Assembly (NCBI RefSeq): GCF_001194135.2
Contig: NC_069002.1
Span: forward strand, 16,380,913 to 16,444,912
Reading direction: 5' to 3'
Length of the DNA: 64,000 bases
DNA from: Octopus bimaculoides
Taxonomy: Eukaryota
The notes below the pieces were generated by a model that saw only the letters and a list, made by a program, of their open reading frames with translations, was not told the DNA's origin and did not search any database. Position numbers and translations under genes: made by a program. Each line of letters begins with the position of its first letter. Position 1 is the stretch's first letter. Shown here piece after piece: positions 56,596 to 64,000 of this stretch.

Positions 56596-56947
56596 GTAGG
56601 TCGTTATTGGGCCACCTAACATGACTCTCAGAAGGCTGTAATCTCGCTGGTAAGTAAACCCGGATGAAGAACATATACAAGAAAGGTTGTAACTTAAACA
56701 CGTTTATTGTGACCACACGTATAAACACAATGGAATGATAAATAGAATGGTTGGTGTATAAAGGCCATAGCTCCTCTCAGCAAACTGGCCCGTGACATAA
56801 GCTAGAGCCAGTCAAGTTGCGTCCTCAGAGCTTGTGTGTCCATGCATAAAAGAAGACGAGATGAGATCACGTGTCTGAACCTTAATGTTGCGTAACGCCC
56901 TCTATATCTGTATAGCTAGCTTGTTTACCCGCTGTCAAGGGGGGTAA
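56596..56947. repeat. ~350-bp unclassified repeat, copy 1 (LTR-like hallmarks)
   Basis: Co-oriented homologue at 58200-58552; shared ttgcgtaacgccctctata and tgtcaaggggggtaa. Confidence 0.7.
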
Positions 56948-56951
56948 TGCT

Positions 56952-57252
56952 CTGCACTTCGTCGGTTACGACAACGAGTGTTCCAGATGATCCGATCAAC
57001 GGAACAACCTGTTCGTGAAATTTACAAGCAAGTGGCCGAGTACTTCACAGACAAGCATGCCCTTAACGTTGTTCTCAAGGAGATTCAGCGTGACACAAAA
57101 TATGGTACTGTTCATTTTTGCCAGTTGAGTGGATTGGAGCAACGTAAAGAAAAAAGAAGCGTCTTGCTCAAGGACGCAATGCGCTGCCGTGTATCGAACT
57201 CATGATCTTAAGATCGTGAGCCGAATATCCTAATCACTAAACCACACGCCAT
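56952..57252 (-). mobile_element. Older SINE-C-related copy
   Basis: Same subfamily as 16450-16765, reversed. Confidence 0.7.
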
Positions 57253-58066
57253 CACACACACACACACACACACACAAACGCGCGCGCGCTATAATCTGGA
57301 TCTTTTTGCCAACTCGTAGAATAAATAATGAGGTTTTTATATGTATTTAGGCTAATCTCTCTAAATCCGTTTGTGTGCTTCTTCCACCACAAGTTTATGT
57401 TACGGCAGTCATATACTTTCCCTTTCCTGTTCATGTGGTTGCATATGTGCATATATGTGGACTAGTGTGCATGTATGTATGTGTGTGTGTGTGTGTGTGT
57501 GGCAACAAACAGATTACTAGATGAGTATAAAATACTAGATGTGGAGGTGGCGAGAATGGAAATATTAACGGCATCGAGATCACCAGTCCCGAGGTGTCGC
57601 GGATTCCGCTCCTTCACCCCAGACTCGACAAATAAAAGGAGAATAACACTCAAAATCTCCCGTTTTCTTGGGAAAAAAAAACATATTGCATATATTTTGT
57701 ATATAATGCACAAATACATATTCCCACGCGCACGCGCACGCAAACACACACACGCACGCACGCAAAGACATCACGTACACCCAACAATGTTATTGAAAAA
57801 TCTCGAATATTGTCGGTTGATCTGTCTTTCAGAGGCGTAACCTTGTGTCAACATCAAAAATTGTGTTAATGTCTTCCTGTTTTTTTTTTTTTTTTGGACA
57901 TGACACAGAAAACAGTTGACAAATATTTTGATCTTTGCTCGGTCAGAAACTAGAACTCAACGCAGTATGAGACGCACGTAGTATTTGTCGAGTTAGTTAC
58001 CGTAAAGCTAAATGTACTTTAAATAACGAAGTTCGTTCAGAGATTCAGTGAAAGATTTTAGGCAGA

Positions 58067-58593
58067 GGTAAAGAATACGCACACCACTCGTTTTTGGCGT
58101 AACAAAACCTTAACCCTAATATGCACACCACTCGTTTTCGATGTAACAAAACCCTAAACCTAACAAAACTATAACCCTAACCCTCACCCTTATAGATAGG
58201 TAGGTTGTTGTTGACCCACCTAATGTGTCTCACTCAGAAGATGGTAATCTCATTTGGTAGTAAACCCGAATGGAGAATATATAAACAAGGTTGTAACTTT
58301 AAATACGTTTATTGCGGCCACACGTATATACACAACTGAATGATAAATGGAATGGCTGGTGCGTAGAGGCCATGATTTTCTGTGCTTTTGCTCCGATCTG
58401 GTAGCTGGGGTGTAATATGAGAGAGAGCCAGTCAAGTTAAGTCATCCCAGTTCGCGTCTCAGTGCAGTAAGAGACCGAGGTCTGAACCTTAATATTGCGT
58501 AACGCCCTCTATATATGGCCAGCTTGTTTGAACCCATGTCAAGGGGGGTAACTATACATATACCCTAAACACCGGGTGTGCGTATTCTTTACC
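58067..58593. mobile_element. TIR element with CCCTAA-like subterminal repeats, carrying repeat copy 2
   Basis: Perfect 20-bp IR aggtaaagaatacgcacacc (58066-58085) / ggtgtgcgtattctttacct (58575-58594). Confidence 0.6.
58200..58552. repeat. ~350-bp unclassified repeat, copy 2
   Basis: Homologous to 56596-56947. Confidence 0.7.
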
Positions 58594-59121
58594 TACTCCA
58601 GATTTTATGGGATTTAGTTTCTTTCCTCCAGATGTGAATGTTAGTCTTTGATATAAACACGAACAATTTCTGAAACATCAACAAATACCCGAACCTGAGC
58701 GTGGTGTCCTTTCTGTTCCTCAGTCATAAGTCTTACATCAGTTTACAATTTACCCTCGCATTTCCTTGGCTCAGCACCTCGCCCCGTGTTCCAATAATTA
58801 GGCATTTCCTTTACTGATAAATTCCAGACCAGGGACCTCCGCTTTGTTAGTAAGAGTCAGGTGCTACATAAATGTAGAATATAGGGTGTGTCCACAGAAT
58901 CGTTCTTTATTCTCGATAGTCAAGTTTAAAATACTGAAAGCCATCATAATTACCTTGAACAGCAATTTCTCCTCTCCATTTCCCCCTCCCCTTAAACCCG
59001 GCCCTGGTTCCTGCTTTTAACGTGACATAAAAAAATATTGTTAGGTTGTTTTATTGTTGTTGTTTAAAACTAAATCAGCTCTGATCAAATAGAATAATAA
59101 TAATTAAGACGTTCCAGTTTT

Positions 59122-59839
59122 GGTGCTACTTTGGTATGCGAATTACGTAGCCAACGTGATCTACAAGAGTCAAATTCTACTGCGATCTACATGTTTCATT
59201 TATTAATTATGACTTAAATAGAACATTCTTACATTTTTATATATTTATTTAAAAAAAAATTAAAATGAAGCAGATTTGAAACAAGTTTACTAATTTTATG
59301 TTCGAACGGACATCAACTAGAAGTGTCAAAAATAGAGGATTAAAATTTTTATACATTTACTCGTAGAGTAAGGTGGATTTCGCCATTTCTCCCCTTTCAG
59401 CGAGTTTCCTTCATTTCTCCACCATAGCGATGACATGGTGCAACATCATCTTCATCTTAAAGGCCATTTCTTCGTAAAAATGCAACTGCCTTCGTCTCGT
59501 CTATGACCTCGTTGTAAAACTTTTTAGCCAACATCTTGGGGGTTCTTTAGATATTCAGATATCAATAAACTGGTAAAATCACAGAAGGAAGCACAAATCG
59601 GCTATTGAGACTGATGCCTATACCGGACTGAAGGGTATTGTTGATGTACCTGGTTGAGTCGGGACCGGAGCTTTGACACTCGAACAGACATTCCACTTAT
59701 ACTTCATACTCTCTAACCAGACAATCTCTCGAAACTCATACAGGTGTTTTCCTTCTTCTTGATAAGTATAACTCTTCTTGTTGTAGATCGCATACCAAAG
59801 TAGTTTCATGGCAAGTAGATCGCATACTAAAGTAGCCCC
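59122..59839 (-). mobile_element. Merlin-like (IS1016/ISXO2-related) non-autonomous DNA transposon
   Basis: Perfect 8-bp TSD ccagtttt at 59114-59121 and 59840-59847; GG-starting TIR GGTGCTACTTTGGTATGCG / CGCATACTAAAGTAGCCCC with subterminal GATCTAC repeats; minus-strand relic from 59534: MLAKKFYNEVIDETKAVAFLRRNGL*DEDDVAPCHRYGGEMKETR. Confidence 0.75.
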
Positions 59840-60562
59840 CCAGTTTTGACTATCCTATCCTTTATTAAGATCTACTCTAAAGATCTACTTTAAAGTAACT
59901 ATTTAATATGTCATTTTATAAGAGAGTAGAGTATGGTTTTAAAGAAGATTAAGCTAGGTGGACAAATGAGCCACAGAGGGTCGTTAGTTTAACGGTTCCA
60001 AGCTTAGTTGGTCACGGAACCTTTCTGTGGTTTTCCAAACATCATCCAAAACTAGAGCTTAAGGTCTTTTTCCCCTCCATGGGTTTTCAGCCCAATATAC
60101 TACATGTTATTAATTATATCTCCACCCACTTCCATACCCACCGTTAAATTTCATGCGTGCGTCGTACGTGCAAGGCAGCGCAGGATTTATAGAGGTGGGG
60201 TTTTGTTTGAAACCAACAAACACCAGTTTAAAATCAATTGCTGTTCTAGGAATCGGGATTAAAGCAGAACGATAAATCTGTGTAATTCAACATAAAAGAT
60301 AATAACAACAAGATTAATTATTGGTTGTTGTACAAAAAAATGTTATCAGTTTTATCTTTGTGTCAATATAATAAATTTGTCATTGTTTACTTTTGACGTT
60401 CCCACTAATAAACAAATGTCCAAGAAATTCAGACAGTAAACTTTATCAGTTAAAATATTTCTGTTTTGAACGAACATTTGAAGTGAACCCTAACACAATA
60501 TTTTTAACTTTAAAACAATGTATGAGTGAGTGTGGGTACTATAACTTCGAAAGATGTCGCTC

Positions 60563-61130
60563 GGATCTTTTTTAAAACGGGGGCCACATTTTTCATTAAC
60601 GAAACACTTTGAAACTTGGAACACTGGTAGAATGTGTCATCTAAAACATCTTTTTCTCTTAGTCTTCTTTAAAAAAAAAGAAATCCATAAATTATTCCAT
60701 GTTAAAGTTGTCGTATTTCTGTAATTTCAACCAATCACTGACGTCCATTCAGCCGATATACATTAAGTGCCGACTACATAAACAAACGATTCTGAAACAA
60801 TTAACCCTAACCCTAACACTAGGGTTAGGGTTAGGGTTAAAGCAAATTTAAAATGAAAAAAGCAAATAAAACGAAGGTATGGAGATTAAATACGCTTTAC
60901 ATCGCTTAATCAGCGAAAGGAGTAAATATAAACAACTGAATACTTGTCAGTGATTGGTTGAAATTATCGAAATAAGACAATTTTTTACATGAAATAAATT
61001 CGAATACAAAAATATTTTTCTGTTCTATAACACAAAATAGATAAGTATACGAAGTTTGAAAGTCTTTCGGTACCAAAAACACTACGTAAAACATTAATGA
61101 AAAATGTGGCCCCCGTTTTAAAAAAGATCT
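60563..61130. mobile_element. Foldback-like MITE with 8-bp TSD and a central telomeric palindrome
   Basis: TSD tgtcgctc at 60555-60562 and 61131-61138; perfect 36-bp TIR 60564-60599 / 61094-61129; inner 20-bp IR 60723-60742 / 60946-60965. Confidence 0.85.
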
Positions 61131-61466
61131 TGTCGCTCTAACAACCAAAGTATTAGGACTGGTAAGAGCTTATTTATCCTCGGTGTTTTTAGACTTATGG
61201 AGGTTCTCCCAGTCTCACTGCTTATTTAGGGCAGGGAGTACGAAAAAACTTAAGATCGTTCAGGATTTAGTAACTCTATCAGTAGCACAACACAATGAGA
61301 CAATTTTCTCTGATAGTTAAGAAGGGAGTGTGTGTGTGTGTGTATGAGACCGACAGTGATATCATAATTTCTATTAGGAGTAGCGTCAACCGCTGCACCT
61401 TGCATTTGTGTGTGTGAAAATATACACGCTCACGTGCACTCACTCCCGCACACGCGAGCGTGTACT

Positions 61467-62046
61467 TATCATTTAACGTCCGGTTTTTCTATGTTGGTAT
61501 GGGTTGGATAGTTTGACAGTATCCGGTAAGCCGTAGGGCTACATCGTGCTCCAATTGTCAGCTGTGGCGTGGTTTCTACCGCTGGATGTTCTTCCAAACG
61601 TCAGCCACTTTACAGAGTGTAATGGTTGCTTTTATTTTATTTTTCGTGCCACCTGCACTAGTGGGGTTACCAAGAAATCTGCCAGATGAGGAAAGAACAG
61701 GAAAAAGGAAAATCCCTCTCAATTAAGTGAGAGGGAGCAGTGTTTGAGAGTAGGAAGGCGTCGCTTTATTCCAGGGACAAGTGGAGGTATCTTACTACAG
61801 AGAAGATCCACGGCTACTTTGCGTTTTACAATGGTGAGTGGGAGTATCTAGGTAAAGGATAAGAGGGTAGTGATAGGGTACCCGATTAAAGCTCTCAAGG
61901 AGCAAGAGATGGTACGGGCTGTGGATGAGGAGAGAGGGGCGTTGTAAGGGTATGAGGGGAGAGTAACAGATGTGATTGTTGTGAGTGATGGAAAGGAATG
62001 GAGGTGCGGTTTGGTGGGATATATCAATATAGAAAGGAGAATAAGA

Positions 62047-62123
<77 letters not shown>

Positions 62124-62140
62124 TAGGGATGATAGTTTAG
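61467..62140 (-). mobile_element. C/T-rich-body retroelement with the RTE-type 3' module
   Basis: tcatttaacgtcc...ctggatgttcttccaaacg at the left end; GA-rich plus strand including (GA)n at 62049-62125. Confidence 0.6.
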
Positions 62141-62157
62141 GGACTATCTAGAGGTAC

Positions 62158-63665
62158 ATGGGAAAGGATGAGAATGCTTGCGAGGCTCTCGACCGAGTTC
62201 GGAAACTTGCAGAAAGGATCTACCCAGAATCTCAAAGTGGTTTCAGACCCGGACGATCCACGATGGATATGATTTNNNNNNNNNNNNNNNNNNNNNNNNN
62301 NNNNNNNNNNNNNNNNNNNNNNNNNNNNNNNNNNNNNNNNNNNNNNNNNNNNNNNNNNNNNNNNNNNNNNNNNNNNNNNNNNNNNNNNNNNNNNNNNNNN
62401 NNNNNNNNNNNNNNNNNNNNNNNNNNNNNNNNNNNNNNNNNNNNNNNNNNNNNNNNNNNNNNNNNNNNNNNNNACAGCCTTGAGTCTTTCCATTTGTACA
62501 TGAAGGCCACAATACAATTCAACGGAAACACGTCAGAATCCTTTGATGTTCGACGTGGGGGTAAAACAGGGATGTGTGCTTGCTCCTACCTTGTTCAACA
62601 TCTACTTCGCTATCATACTGAAGTGTGCATTTGGTAGGCAAAACGACGGCGTTTGCCTCCACACAAAGTCGAGTGGTAAACTATTCAATCTGTCAAGGCT
62701 TACTGCTAAGACCAAAGTCCGCAGGGTTTACATCCGGGAGATGCTGTTTGCCGACGACGCGGCTCTAGTAGCTCATTCAGAACTGCAAGACCAAAGTAAT
62801 GGGTCAAGGTGTCTCAGATCCCCACCTTATTACCATCGACAACCACTCACTCGATATGGTCCGTAAGTTTACGTACCTTGACTGAACAATTACGGATGGC
62901 CTCACACGCGACCAGGAGCTGAACAGAAGAATCGGGTTAGTAGCTTCAACCTTCACCAAACTAGCTCAAGAAGTGTGGTTAAACAGCAAGCTGACGAGAT
63001 CCACCAAATTCACAGTCTATAAAGTATGTGTCCTCAGCACCTTGCTATACGGCGGTGAGACCTGGTGCTTTTACGCCAGACAAGAGCACCGCCTGAATGC
63101 CTTCCATCTGCACAACCTTAGGAGTATTCTCGTGGTCAAATGGAATGACCGCATCACCAAAAACGAGATACTTACCCGTTCCCAGCTATTAACTACTCTT
63201 ACACTATTTCAGCAACGCCGTCTCCGCTGGCTGGGACACGTGCACCGGATGCCTGATGGGAGGTTACCGAAAGATATACTGCATGGTGAGCTAGCCTCCG
63301 GTAGACATGTTCGCGGACGACCACATCTCCGTTTCAAGGATGTGTGCAAACGTGACATGAAGGCCATAAGTATGAATACCATAACCTGGGAGAACATGGC
63401 AAAAGACTGTTCCTGCTTGAGACAGACGCTGATTACCGCCCTGAGGGAAGGAAAAGATCACATACGTCAGACAGCAGAGGACAGACAGAGACGCAGGAAG
63501 ACCGAACCACGAACAAACGGTCAACCGACCAACCACATTTGTGACCGTTGCAGCCGTGACTGTCACTCACGCATTGGCCTTGTCAGCCACAAGCGATGCT
63601 GCAACACCGATCCAACCCAAGGTGCAGATCCATAGTCTTTCGAGACTAACGGATGCCAATCTAAT
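62158..63665 (+). mobile_element. RTE-BovB-like LINE, 5'-truncated, defective ORF2 (RT plus C-terminal Zn knuckle)
   Basis: ESQSGFRPGRSTMDMI; GVKQGCVLAPTLFNIY; MLFADDAAL; LLYGGETW; RRLRWLGHVHRM; GRP.LRFKD..KRDMK; CDRCSRDCHSRIGLVSHKRCC; 3' end catagtctttcgagactaacggatgccaat; frameshifts and a deletion near 62787. Confidence 0.93.
62276..62473. other. Assembly gap
   Basis: N run. Confidence 1.
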
Positions 63666-63670
63666 ATATA

Positions 63671-64000
63671 TACTCTCTTTTACTTGTTTCAGTCTTTTGA
63701 CTGTGGCCATGCTGGAGCACCGCCTTTAGTCGAGCAAATCGACCCCAGCACTTATTCTTTGGAAGCCTAGTACTTATTCTATCGGTCTCTTTTGCCGAAC
63801 CGCTAAGTTACGGGGACATAAACACACCAGCATCGGTTGTCAAGCGATGTTGGGGGGACAAACACAGACATACAAACACATACACACATACATATATATA
63901 TATGTATGTATGTGTGTATATATATATATATACACACACGACGGGCTTCTTTCATTTTCCGTCAACTAAATCCACTCAGAAGCCTTTGGTCATCCCGAGG
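63671..64000 (-). mobile_element. SINE-A (runs off the window)
   Basis: Reverse complement of the SINE-A tail, body and microsatellite. Confidence 0.85.

Noticed and set aside
57475-57840. 121-aa ORF in a CpG-rich patch
   Set aside because: Starts in a (TG)n run, no recognisable motif or splice context
60801-60840. Relic of a telomere-telomere chromosome fusion
   Set aside because: Orientation is (CCCTAA)n then (TTAGGG)n, opposite to an end-to-end fusion, and it sits inside a TSD-bounded element

Overview
Eukaryotic, AT-rich, repeat-dense draft-assembly DNA with 7 N-gaps. The SINE/RTE/microsatellite landscape looks like an Octopus (coleoid cephalopod) genome; this is inference, not proof. 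One protein-coding gene fills 188-51548 on the + strand: WDR1/AIP1 (actin-interacting protein 1, double WD40 beta-propeller). I reconstructed it by hand as 16 coding exons, 1791 nt, 596 aa, with consistent splice phases. Intron 1 is 24.1 kb, and intron 10 (40239-41251) is a canonical U12-type AT-AC minor intron. The rest is mostly transposon material: several tRNA-headed SINE families, many 3' ends and ORF2 fragments of an RTE LINE, a BovB-like RTE, a CR1/Jockey-like RT relic, a decayed IR/DR Tc1 element with nested SINEs and a recent 352-bp inverted duplication, piggyBac- and hAT-type MITEs, a Merlin-like element, and a MITE with a telomeric-repeat palindrome. I found no CRISPR array, rRNA or true tRNA gene, and I cannot support a wholly new multi-gene system. 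The best leads are the minor intron and its possible retention/polyadenylation isoform, a Glu-to-Gly change at a known AIP1 functional residue, dsRNA-forming inverted repeats in the pre-mRNA, and the Merlin, foldback and hammerhead-like elements. Repeat boundaries are approximate unless a TSD or TIR is quoted; family labels SINE-A to SINE-D are mine.
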